Origin: Sminthopsis crassicaudata
Lineage: Eukaryota
NCBI RefSeq assembly: GCF_048593235.1
Contig: NC_133619.1
Coordinates: forward strand, 616,258,558 to 616,322,557
Direction: 5' to 3'
Length of the DNA: 64,000 nucleotides
Of the stretch, positions 1 through 21,593 are shown piece after piece. The notes below the pieces were generated by a model. That model saw only the letters and a program-made list of their open reading frames with translations, searched no databases and had not been told where the DNA came from. Made by a program: the position numbers and the translations under genes. Within the stretch, counting starts at the first letter, position 1. The number at the start of each line of letters is the position of its first letter.

Positions 1-60
1 TTAAGCTGTTCTACTTCATTGGTTTCCTCCAATGGCCTGCCCCTTCTGTCAGGTCTAGTC

Positions 61-190
61 TTTTTTTTTTTTTTTTTTTTTTCCTGAGGCAATTGGAGTT
101 AAGTGACTTGCCCAGGATCACACAGCCAGAAAGTGTTAAGTGTCTGAGTTCGGATTTGAACTCAGGTCCTCCTGACTTCAGAACTGGTGC
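61..190 (-). mobile_element. WSINE1-like CORE-SINE
   Basis: Poly-T (tail) followed by gcaattggagttaagtgacttgcccagg...tttgaactcaggtcctcctgacttcag. Confidence 0.75.
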
Positions 191-545
191 TTCTCCTTGA
201 CTTCTCAGAAGTCTTTGACACTGTCTATCTCTCTCCTTCTTCTTTTCTGCCCCCCCCCCCTGAGGCTGGGGTTAAGTGACTTGCCCAGGGTCACACAACT
301 AGGAAGTGTTAATCTCTCTCCTTCTTGATACTCTTTTCTCTCTAAGTTTCAGGACACCATGTTCCCCTGGTTCTTCTCCTATCTCTCTGAATGCTCCTTC
401 TCTATCTCCTTTGCTGAATCTCAATGTGACCAAACAGAACTCATTATTCCCCCTCTAAACTCATCTTTCCCTCCTAACTTTTATATTATTGTCAAAGAAA
501 ACAACATCCTTCCAGGCCATTACCTCCCAACCAAGAAGTGTGAAA
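191..545 (+). mobile_element. L2 LINE ORF2 fossil interrupted by a 5'-truncated WSINE1-like SINE (242-312)
   Basis: Degenerate RT-like text (FDTV; PWFFSYLSECSFSISFA). The SINE is flanked by a 14-bp TSD tctctctccttctt at 228-241 and 313-326. Confidence 0.65.
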
Positions 546-689
546 TGGAAACTCATGGTTTCATAATGAATTCTTTTTTTTATATTGTGCTATATGCAAT
601 AAAATGTTCTCCTTCTTTTTGATCTTTTTGCAATTAAGTTCAAAATGAATAAATTTTTAAAAATCTGCTTGCCATTCAAAGTCCTTCAT

Positions 690-1168
690 ATATATATTCT
701 TGGATCCAGTGGAAGTTCCATGAACAAGACCCTCCATTCTCTTTGAAATGGACAAAAGACTGCCCCCTCCCTCATCCTTGGGTCAAGAGGCCTCAGGCTT
801 ATAGGAAAATGTTACTTAAACTAAATTAAGGGAAATGTTATGTTCAGACTGGGCCCCATCTCCTGGTTCATGAGACCCTAGACTTTCCGAGAAGTAGGTG
901 TCTACATCGAAAAAAGGTTCTGTTGTGTGCTCACTCTCATCCAGACACTTCCCCATTGTAAACGAGAAACTGCGTCAGTGATTCCCCAAATTTGTAACCG
1001 CAAGGCTGTATCTGGATGTGGCAAATGGGCTTAAAAGTGTACCTCACTAAAGGTTCGGGGCTGATCTCTACTAGCCTGTCTAGTGGGGTCAGTCGTTGAC
1101 CAGCTAATAAATGATGCTTTAAATTGAATAATCTGGTCAGGGCTGTCTATCTCCTGTCTGTCCATTTC
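690..1168 (+). mobile_element. Probable solo ERV LTR
   Basis: TATA-like cttaaaa, then aataaa, then a terminal ...ttca; left boundary uncertain. Confidence 0.45.
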
Positions 1169-1368
1169 ATCTTAATATTGGGCATTTTCTCTTGGTGTCT
1201 CTTAAACCTGAAATGTTCTCTGTCCTCAAATCCATTTATTGATTTCCCTGGCTTCTTTTAAGTTCCAATTAAAATCCCTTCTTCTACAAGAAGCATTCCT
1301 AATTCCTCTTAATACTAGCATCTTCTGTTAATTATTTCCCATTTATCTTGTATATAATATATTTTTAC

Positions 1369-1900
1369 TGTTATGCCCTGAAAAAAATTATTATGGCTAC
1401 CACCCCCTTCTTTGCCATTAGGACTGAGAGAATTGAATAAAAAAAATAATAAAATAACCCCTTGAAGCTCTAGCCACTGTATATACCATTAGGTCATGAA
1501 CTGCAGGTGCATTATCTCAGCTCTTGCTAGGATAATTCCCCCTCAGTTTGAGTATTGCCCCATACCTCCTGCTGTCTCCTGCCCTTGACTTTCTTTTCTT
1601 GACCCTTATCCTGTCAGGATTAAGTTATGATCCTTTCCTGGAATTATGGTTTTTATCTGCCCCCCCCCCAGTGTCCTCTCCCCCATTATCTGCTTTTGTT
1701 TCCCTACAAGACTATATACTCAGGTTATGTATTCTGTTTGCAAATCCTAGTTAGCTAAAACCTTATGTAAGATCCCTGCCTAGTTCCTCGAGCTGGAATG
1801 ATTTTTGGACATGAGTCCATCTGGTTGGCCAGCCTAAAACTCTCCACATGAAAAGATTAAAAATCAATCTCTGTCTTGCCTCAGTTTCTCTGGCATTACA
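1369..1900 (+). mobile_element. Probable solo ERV LTR inserted in an L2-type 3' fragment
   Basis: TG...CA ends (tgttatg...cattaca), TATA-like tatata and an attaaa signal near the end. The flanks rejoin into an L2-like 3' sequence. Confidence 0.55.
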
Positions 1901-4382
1901 GTACATAATTGTTTGTATGTTATCTATTAGATTGTAAACTCCTTGAGGACATGGCTTATCTCTTACTTTTTTTTAAATCCCCAAAGATTAGTACTATGTC
2001 TGAAATATAGTGATCTTTAATAATCACATTAATAAATACTGACTAAATAGCAAGTCAAGGTAAGTGCCTATTCTGTTCTAGGCACTGGGAGTACAAAGGA
2101 CAAAGATGGTCCCTCCCTTCAGGAAGCTTGCAATCTAATGAGAGAAACACAATTATGTGCGAATAAGATATTAGAAAACAAATTGCAATTATTCTGAAGG
2201 AGAAGGCACTAACATTAAGGAGGGGTTATGAAAGACATTGCAGAAGATGAGATTTTAGCTGGGACATAAAGGAAACCAGAAAATCCAGGAGGCAAAGTGG
2301 GGGTGGGGGTGGGGGAGCATTTCAACTATGGGTGAAAGGCGGAGAAAATGTTGGGAGTCAAGAGATGGAGGAATTTTTTTGAGGATTGCAGAGTAAATAA
2401 AGGGGGGTAAGGTGTAAAACAAATTTGGAAAGGTAGGAAGGAGGCAGATTATGATGGGCTTAAAAGCCAAATGAGGATTTATATTTGATTCTGGAATTAA
2501 TAGGGAGCCTCTGGAGTTGATTGAATGGGGCAGGAGGGAGGTGAAATGCTTGGACCTGAGCTTTAGGAAAATCACTTTGATAGCTGAATGGAGGAAGGGT
2601 GGGAGCAGGGAGATACCTGAAGCAGGCAGACCCTCCTGAAAGGTATTGCAGTGGGCGGTGATGAGGGCCTGCACTGGGGTGGGGACAGGGTCAGGAGAGA
2701 AAGTAACATAGAGGACTTGACAGAGAGNNNNNNNNNNNNNNNNNNNNNNNNNNNNNNNNNNNNNNNNNNNNNNNNNNNNNNNNNNNNNNNNNNNNNNNNN
2801 NNNNNNNNNNNNNNNNNNNNNNNNNNNNNNNNNNNNNNNNNNNNNNNNNNNNNNNNNNNNNNNNNNNNNNNNNNNNNNNNNNNNNNNNNNNNNNNNNNNN
2901 NNNNNNNNNNNNNNNNNNNNNNNNNNNNNNNNNAAAATGCTTCAGAGAGTTCTGCTTCTGGAGGATGGTGAGAATCTGGAGAGAGTTAAAAACCCTTCAA
3001 AACCTGCACAAGGCTGCCTTGGGGGGAGGGGGTGTCTTCTGGGTCAGGCCCATTTCCTAACTGTCCTCCCCACCCAGCTCTTTACCCCTGTGGTGGAGCC
3101 TCCCTGAGATGTACAGGACTCCAAGAGTTTAGGATCTGGGCTGAGACGCTGGAGGATACCCTCAGGATGACCATCCAGAAGCTGGAAGAATCCAGGACCG
3201 ATGGGACCACATCCTTCTTTATCTTACATTTAGTCCAGAATTCGAAAGCTCCGAATCTCAGGCAGCCTGGGTCTGAGGCTCCCTCCCTGCCCCCTCCTCC
3301 ACACGTCCATCCTCCCCAGAAAGATGACTCCTCCTCCAGGAGCCCGAGGCTTTCTCCCCTTCCCTAGCCTGAGGTCCGGAGCTCCCTCACCAGGCAATTC
3401 CCATTCCATTCCAATCTCTCCCCAGTAATCGGGTACCGCACTTCCCCACCATCATCACAAGGGGTCAGCAGTCACTCATAGCTAGTTCTGGGCATGGGTT
3501 GATGGGTATTGTACATCCTTTGTTCTGGAAGAGGGCCTCGGCCAGGGAGATGATGCTATGACATGCTGGGCAAGGTCACCTGCCTCAGTTTCCCTCCAGA
3601 GCCATCTGGGTCTGGCGGCCAGATATAGTTGAGGGCTGTCTGGATGAAACTGTTGAAGATCTTAGTTTTAAAAGGTCAAGGTCTCCCATCTCATTGGGGC
3701 ATGAGGGACAGACCATGGGAACTCATCTGAGTGATCTGTTTCAGCATTTTCTTCTGGCTACCACCTTCTTTTCCTCCCTCCCCCCAAAAGGAAACAACAG
3801 GGACTAAATTGGGGGTCAGACTAGAGAAATGTCAGGCCAGAAGCAAAATCCACAAACTAAGCAAAAATAGAAAACTTTATTCATTCAGAGTGGGCGAGGC
3901 GGACTTGGAGTGTTTATGAAATTTCTAGGGGAGCCCTTGGCCCCCCAGTTGTCATTGTGACCAAGGGGGTTCACCTACAGACCATCTTCAGTAGGTGTCA
4001 AATTAAGAAGAACTGAATTGAAATCCAGCCTCAGACATTTACAAGCTCTAAGACCCTAGGAAAGTCACTTAATACTGTTTGCCTCAGTTTCTTCAACTGT
4101 AAAACGAAAGTAATGATAATAATAATATCTACTTCCCTGGGTTATTGTGAGGATCCAATGAGATAATATTTCAAAAGCACTTTTTAACTTTAAATGCTAA
4201 TTATTATTTTTGCTGTTATTATTATTCATCACTTTCTTGCTGGGTGACCTTGGACAAGTTGTTACTGCTATATCTATGAGATGGTGCCAGTGACCTTAGC
4301 CAAATTCCTCAGGAATGATGGGAAACTAGCAAGAGGCAATTTAAGGGAAAGGGCTTCATTTTGAAAACACTCTTACACTGTT

Positions 4383-4388
4383 TTTATT
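4383..4388 (-). terminator. Candidate SLC25A34 poly(A) signal AATAAA
   Basis: On the minus strand, TGTA lies about 10 nt upstream and a GT-rich run (cagtgtaagagtgtttt) follows. This implies a 3' UTR of about 1.85 kb. Another AATAAA lies at 4863-4868. Confidence 0.45.
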
Positions 4389-5068
4389 GCTTTTTTGTAC
4401 ATGGCTGATTTTTGTTACCCAAGCAAGTTAACTTCCTCCTCTCACACTGGGGCACAGTGGATAGAGTACCAATCATGAAGGAGGATCCGAGTTCAAATCC
4501 AGCCTCAGATATCAACTAGTTGTGTGACCTTGAATAAGCCCCCCCAATGCTATTTCTGGGGGCAGGGATCAGCCTTACCTTGTTTATATTTCCCCCTTCA
4601 ACCTAGACACTCAGAGAGCTTCAGGAATGAGGGAATGTGAGGCAATGCAGTAGGATAATTGGGTGTCAGAAAACCTAGGTTCAGATTCCAGCTCTGCCCC
4701 TTGTTGTACAGTTCTGAACAAGTCATATCTCTTTTCTGAATCTCAGTTCCCTTCTTCTGTAAAATACAGGAGTCTCAGACACTGCTTTTAGAGCTGCCAT
4801 TCTTAGATTATAGCATCCAAAATGGAAAGGAGTGTTGAGGCCATTGAATCCAACCCCATCTTTTTATTGATGAAGGAAACTGAGTCACAGAGAAGTGATC
4901 TGCCCAAGATTATACAGCCAGGAAATGTCTAAGGCTCAGTTTTGAACCCAGTCTTTTTGACTCTAACTCCAAAGATTTCCATGCTGTATTTACATTATAA
5001 ACTGTATATTCTGAATTCTACTATTCTGTGTTCTAAAGAACATTTTCATCTTTGAGTTGTATTTATAC

Positions 5069-5211
5069 TTCTTTTTTTCTGAGGCAATTGGGGTTAAGTG
5101 ACTTGCCCAGGGTCACATAGTCAGGAAGTCTTAAGTGTCTGAGGTCACACTTGAACTCAGGTCCTCCCAACTTCAGGGCTGGTGTTCTATCCACTGCGCC
5201 ACCTAGTTGCC
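5069..5211 (-). mobile_element. Near full-length WSINE1-like SINE in the putative SLC25A34 3' UTR
   Basis: tRNA-derived head (ggcaactaggtggcgcagtggataga), B box, core and A tail on the minus strand. Confidence 0.75.
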
Positions 5212-6219
5212 TGTCAGCTCATTGTATTTAATGAGGATAGATGGCAGTGCATTAGTCTGAGTATTTCAAATCTCAACTGTGTAGTAATAACTCTCTGGGC
5301 CTCGGTTTCTCTATCTGTATAATGAAGGAGTTAGATAAGTGTTTCCTCAGAAGTGCATACGAGGTACATTAAGGCATCCACACTTCCCTGGATCAGTGGG
5401 AATCAAAGACTGTATTTCCAAGACACTCTGCTGAACTTTAAGGGGAGTACAGTCTATGGCCAAGAACAAGAAGCTGGCCTCTTTGAAACAGTGGCCTCTG
5501 AATATTTGCTAGCCCATTCCAGTCCCCCTGACAGGAAAGGGTCAGTCGGGCTTAGTATGTTCCCTTTTTGGTCCATGACTTCTTGTTTGTCCTTCCTTCT
5601 TGAAGAAGACCATGACATCAGGGAAGTGAAGTGGATTGTATTGAAGTGGGGGGAGCAGTGCAAAGTCACCTGCCTCACTTTCCCCTCCAGAGCCATCTGG
5701 GTCCAGTGGCTATATAGAGATCAAGACTCTTGGAGAAGGCCCTTGTAAGCTAAGACTTTCAACAGGTCTCAGTTTGACTGAGGCTGAACCCATTCAGTGA
5801 TTAAGGCTAAGTAGCAACAGAAGCAAAGGCTCTTCTTTTTCATCTAGTTTTCCCCTCAAAAATCTAAATAAATAAGTAAATTAATCTGGGAGAGGAAGAC
5901 CGTCAGGTTTTCTGTCCAAAGCAGAAATGACTGCTATATACATTCAATCTAAGTCAATCAGGACCCAAACAAGGACCAAATGGGGCTTGGTCTAGAACCT
6001 CCCTTCCTTTGGTCCATGACAGGCCAGTCGCTCACTCCCATTCTACATGGAGGGTCCCCACTGGCTCACTATTTCTAACCCAGTTCCCCTTGTGAGACCT
6101 TCCAACAGTGCCCTGAAGACAGGGCAGACTGGGCTGGGGAGGACATAGAGCCTGTTGAGGCAGGGAGGCTCCTGAATTCCAGGCTCTCAGTGCTGCTGGA
6201 AGAGGGCCAGGAGGGGGCT

Positions 6220-16205
<9,986 letters not shown>

Positions 16206-16331
16206 CTAAGGCTGAGGTCGGGGCATGGGCTCGGACTGGGACGGCCAGAGAGCGGGCCACCTGCCGCCGGGTCCCGGGCAGGGGGCGGGGACTTGGCCAC
16301 ACGAAGTGGCTACACCTAGCAAGCAGAGGTC

Positions 16332-16690
16332 GGGAGGGCTAGGGACAGGGAACGGGGGCGGGGGACCAGGGACGGGGAACAGAGGGGGGGGGGGCTAGGA
16401 TCAGAGAACGGGGGCGGGGGGCTAGGGACAGAGAACACGGGATGGGCACTAGGGGCAGAGAACAGGGGAGGGGGTTAGAGACAGAGAACAGGGGGCGGAC
16501 GTCTAGGGAAAGACAACCTAGCGCGGAGGGCTAATGACAGAGAACAGGGGGCGGAGGACCAGGAACAGAGAATACGGGACGGAGACTAGGAACAGAGAAC
16601 ACGGGACGGGGACTAGAATAGGGACAGAGACAGAGACAGGTGAGAACAGGTGCAGAGTGCTGGGAAGAGTGAAAAGAAGGAGGGGCAGGA
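16332..16690. repeat. Degenerate purine-rich minisatellite (gggctagggacagagaacggggg-like units) just 5' of the SLC25A34 start codon
   Basis: About 10 imperfect copies with recurring acagagaac and GGG runs. Confidence 0.8.
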
Positions 16691-18019
16691 GCGGAGGACA
16701 GGGAATGGGGGACCGGGGGCTGGGGGAAGGACCCTCCAGAAAGCCCAGGTCGTGTAGAGGAGCACAGGCCCCGGCTCACCAAGCTCGGACAGCCCGGGTC
16801 CCACTGGCCATCCCCTCCAGCCCCGCCAGCGCCCACTGGAACCCAACCCGGCAGCCAGGACGCGCCCCCTGGCCCGGGCCCGGCCAATCCCCGCCGCCGC
16901 CGCTCCTCACACCTCCCTAGCTCGGAGGAGGGGCCAGGACCCTGGGATCTGGAGGAAAGGTCACTCCCGGATGGGTGGGGACGGGCAGAGAAGCTCCTTG
17001 GGCAGGAGGGAGGGAGAGGGGCAGAGGAAAAGTCTGCTCCGTCAGCCTCCCTCCCTCCCTCCCTCCCCCTCTCCAGCTCGAGCGCTAGACCTGGGGTCAG
17101 ATACTTTATGTGTGACAGTGATTTGGCCTCTATCTGCCTCAGTTTCCTCAACTGTAAAATAGGGGTAACAATAGCACCTACCACCAAGAGAGCTGTCTCG
17201 AGAAACATTGAGGGCATATTTACAAAGCGCCCGGCAGGTGGTAGGTGCTTTAGGGTGATCCCTCCCTTCCTTCTTTGCCCACTTTTCCCATGACCTCACC
17301 CTGCCTTCAGAACTGCTTTGGTTCAAGCCCAGCCAGGAATAGGACTCTTGTCCCCACCACTGACAAGGGGGCATTTGGAGGACCGCTGGGGATGAGGGGC
17401 TCCTTCTCTGGGCAGTCCTTTCCATTTTAGAGTGGGGAGGGTCCTCAGTTCTCAGCCCCCCCCCCCCACCGCCAGTGCCTCCCCCTCCAGACTGCTTCTA
17501 GAGTTCTCCCAGTGTGGCCCCCACATTCTTCCACAGCCTGGCTTGCTCCTCTGGATGCACATGAGATCGCATCAGTAAATATTCTATATGTATAAAATAC
17601 ATGAGCTGACACATAAAGCACTGAGTCAGGTACTTGTTCAGTGATTTGGAATTTTTCTTGGCAAAGATATTAAAACAGTTTGTCATTTCCTTCTCCAGCT
17701 CATTTTACACATGGGGAAACTGAGGCAGAGTAAGTGACTTGGCCAGGGTCAAACAGGTAGGAAGGGTCTGAGTAGGATTTGAATTCAAGTCTTCCTAACT
17801 CCAATCCCAGGGCTCTGTGCACTATAGCACCCCCTAGCTGCTTCTACCTACCTACCTAGTTCCTGTCTACCTTTCTTTCCCAATTAAGGACCGTGTCTTT
17901 TTGCCAGGCTGACCATCCAATGCCAGCATCTCCCGGCTGTGTGACTCTGCAGGGGCTGGTCTCGGGCCTAGAATCTCCTCCTTCCTCTTAAAACCCCTAA
18001 CTTTCTGGCAGTAATTTCT

Positions 18020-18657
18020 TTTTTTTTTTTTTTTTTAATTTAATTTAATTTTATTTTATTTAGAATTTTTTTTCATAGTATATATGCATGAGTAATTTTT
18101 TTATAATATTATCCCTTGTATTCATTTTTCCAAATTATCCCCCCTTCCCTCCATTCCCTCCCCCCCATGACAGGCAATCCCACACATTTTACATGTGTTA
18201 CAATATAACCCAGATACAATACATGTGTGTAAATCCAATTTTCTTGTTGCACATTAAGTATTAGCTTCCGAAGGTATAAGTAACCTGGGTAGACAGACAG
18301 TAGTGCTAACAATTTACATTCACTTCCCAGTGTTTCTTCTCTGGGTGTAGCTACCTCTGTCCATCATTGATCAACTGGAAGTGAGTTGGATCTTCTTTAT
18401 GTTGAAGATATCCACTTCCATCAGAATACATCCTCATACAGTATTGTTGTTGAAGTGTACAGTGATCTTCTGGTTCTGCTCATTTCACTCAGCAACAGTT
18501 GATTTAAGTCTCTCCAGGCCTCTCTGTATTCCTCCTGCTGGTCATTTCTTACAGAGCAATAACATTCCATAACCTTCATATACCATAATTTACCCAACCA
18601 TTCTCCAACTGATGGACATCCATTCAACTTCCAGTTTCCAGCCACAACAAAAAGAGC
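18020..18657 (-). mobile_element. L1 3' end (same subfamily as 13038-13578)
   Basis: ORF2 end (WKLNGCPSVGEWLGKLWYM), 3' UTR and A tail; perfect 16-bp TSD tctggcagtaatttct at 18004-18019 and 18658-18673. Confidence 0.92.
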
Positions 18658-20495
18658 TCTGGCAGTAATTTCTGAAATGACTTCCTCTTGACCATTTGTT
18701 TACACCTTGTATCTACCTTCTGCAGAATGCAAATTCTTTGAAGGCAAGAACTGTTGATTTCTTCTTTTTTCCATTGTATCCCCAGAACTTGGCAAAGTTT
18801 CTGACACATAGTAGGTATAAGTCAATCAACAAATACCTACTATGTACCAAGATGTGCTAAAGGATGGGCAAAAAAACAAATGGAGTCCCTGACCTGGAGG
18901 AGCTCAGTCTAATGGCGACTAATAAAGGTGATAAATTAATATTTGTTCAAGTATCAGTCTTATGTAACATCTCCCTGGGCTGAGTGTGGGGCTGGTATTC
19001 CAGATGATTCCTGACCAGGATAGGGGATAATAAAACTGTTGATAAAATATTATTTTCTGATTACTTCATCTAGAACTCATTGGTGCACAATAATTGTGTT
19101 TTTTCTCCTCCACTAGACAGTAAGTGAAGAATGTCTTTTGCCTTTTTCTGTATCCTCAGTCCTTAGCAGAGAACTTGACATGCAGTAGGTGCTTAATAAA
19201 TGCCTTCTCTCATTTTACACATGGGGAAACGGAGGCACACAGAGTTAAGTGACTTGTTGCACAGATAGGAAGTGTCTGAGCAGGATTTGAATTCAAGTCT
19301 TCCTAACTCCAGTCCCAATGCTCTGTGCATTATAGCACCCCCTAGCTGCCTCTAGCTACTTACTTAGCTCTTGTCTATCTTTCTTTCCCATTTAAGGACA
19401 GTTAATTCCTTCTGGTTAATGTTGCCCAAGGTTAACCACATCCACATCAAACTGAGCTTCTGGACACCCAGATCTTGGGGATCCCCCCATCTGTTAGTGT
19501 CTCTCTGATCGAGTGGGGCATTTGTGGGGGACTTTGGGCCCAAAGAGAGGGAGGAACAGCACTAACTGCATCTGGACTCAGCAGACTTGGGTTCCAATTC
19601 AGGTTCTCATTTTTTGATCTTGGCAAAATCAGGGGACTCCTTGGGACCTTAGTTTCTTCCACAATGCAGACTGGCTGGCTGATCTCTACAGGCTTCAAAT
19701 CTCCAGATCTGTGTGGCTGGGCTAAGTCCCACAGCATAGGAGCCCATTGGACTTGAGCCCCGAAAGGGGTGTCATGCTCCTTGATCTCAAGCAGGGCAGG
19801 TCACCTAACCTCTCAGGGCTTGACTCATCGGTAAGTTAAGGGGGCTAGAATAGATGGGGGACTTGCCCCCTGGGGTGCACATCCCCCCCCCTCTGAAAAA
19901 TAGGTCGAGAGCCATGACTCTTAGCAGCTGGCTCACACTTGTGGGTGCTTCCAGGACTGGGGGCAAGCTGACCCTAAGGCAGGAAAGGGCGGGTTAGGAA
20001 GGGACCCTGGCAGCCACTAAGACCCATTGCCTTGTCTTCTAAATGAAGAGGCTGAGTTCTGCAGAAGTTGTACCTCGTCCAGGGTCCAAGAACAAGGTAA
20101 GGGATTCGGATCCTGAGTCTTTGGTGCCTCCTGTTCAGCTCTGACCCTTTACATGCTCTGTGACCTGCTCCCCTCCTTGCATAGTGTCCAGCACCCCCGA
20201 ACTCACAGGTTTACTCTCAGGAATAAGTACTTTATGGAAGCTACTTGGGCAGGGGGTGAACAGCTCCTGTTTTTATCTAGCAGTCAGTCAATAAGCACTT
20301 ATTAAGTGCCTACTGTGTGCTGGGCACTGGGAACAGGACAAAAAAAACGAGATACTCCTCATTCTCAAGCTTAGAAATCTGTAGGAAGTCAGAAATAAAA
20401 GAGAAGGGAATTCAGAATCCCAAGCTCTCAGGGAAGGGGTGTTAAGGGCAGGGATGGGAAATAAACCACAGACAGACTGAAATAATATAATGTAT

Positions 20496-20501
20496 TTTAT
20501 T
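20496..20501 (-). terminator. PLEKHM2 poly(A) signal AATAAA
   Basis: AATAAA on the minus strand, followed about 20-40 nt downstream by a GT-rich element (tctgtctgtggttt); 3' UTR of about 0.97 kb. Confidence 0.75.
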
Positions 20502-21455
20502 TAAAAAAAATACCCAAACCCTTTCCCGTCCCCCCCTCCCGAGGGGAGGGGGAGTTGTGGCTATTCCTGTAAGTTCCTGTGGAGGAGGGGGCAGTGGTGG
20601 TAGAGAATGGGGGGGCCCCTCTTCCTCAGGGCCTCCTTTTTATCCCGGCCCCTCTCTAGATCTCGCTTTGCCCCATGTTGCCTCAAAACCCCTTCCTCGT
20701 GGAGGAGACAAGATCAGGGATGGAGGTGGGGAGGGCTGCCCCCCTTCCTCCTGACCCCTAATCCTCCAGCTTCCCCTCCTGGACTACGACTCCAGGCATC
20801 TCCTCTGACCCTGAGCAGGGTGGTGTCTGGGGGGTGGGGAGGAGCTGTGTGTGAAAGGCGCCAGGCACCCAGAGAAGGCACCCACCCACCCTCTGCACGG
20901 GGCGCGGGCATGAAGCCGTGCACTTTGGGATGAGGCTGAAGAGATGAAAACATGCAGAAATCCCCCCACAAACTCAGGGCATGTGCAGGTGAAGTACTCA
21001 GCTGCTTGGTGGGGGGGGGGCACTCCTGAGATGTACCTGCTCCGCCCACCCCTGGCTGCTGCCCAATGAATGCCCAAGAGCAGAGACAGGACCTCCAGAC
21101 AGCTCGGCAAGAGCCTTTTATAAAATATCTGTATATTATTATTATTATTCTTATTGTCATGGCTTAGAGCCAGCGGGACACCCCCCAATCTAGGTCTGGG
21201 GGGAGGGCAGCTGTAGAGCCCACAGGGCTCACTCTCTGTCGCTGCCCTGTTCCTATAAGACGGGCACCGGGAACACAGCCCCAGGAGGCATCCAGAAGAC
21301 CCAGTCTCAGCCGCAGGGGGCTGCATCACCCCAGCCTGGAGGCCCTCCAGAGCCAGAAGAGGGAGCCCTTCCGGGAGCAGCTGTGCTCCGCCAGGGGCCC
21401 TCACTGCCCCCCCTCTGGGGGGGGGCAGAGTCAGGGGCACAGTCCAGTTCTGGCC

Positions 21456-21593
21456 TCAGCACCAGGGGTCCCGAGAGGCTCGGCCTCGGCACAGGCTATC
21501 GCTCCTCTGCCAGGCACTGTGGATGAGGCTCAGGGCATCCTCAAATTTCTTCTTGTTGGAGGTCTCCTGGATTGCCTTATGCGGAAGTTCTAC
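21456..21593 (-). CDS. PLEKHM2: PLEKHM2 exon 20, coding part (VELPHKAIQE...RASRDPWC*)
   Basis: cgcacag|GTA; TGA at 21458-21456; 138 nt. Confidence 0.95.
   Translation of the reverse strand, partial: VELPHKAIQETSNKKKFEDALSLIHSAWQRSDSLCRGRASRDPWC

Noticed and set aside
61-190. tRNA-like A and B boxes in SINE heads (also 5069-5211 and 42390-42540)
   Set aside because: tRNA-derived SINE promoters with no cloverleaf structure; not tRNA genes.
2934-3500. TMEM82, expected next to SLC25A34 from human synteny; an ATG-to-donor segment at 3455-3391 (MMVGKCGTRLLGRDWNGMGIA) and ORF 3032..3367
   Set aside because: No frame resembles the recalled TMEM82 N-terminus, and no in-frame downstream exon could be joined. 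The gene may lie beyond the window start or partly in the gap at 2728-2933.
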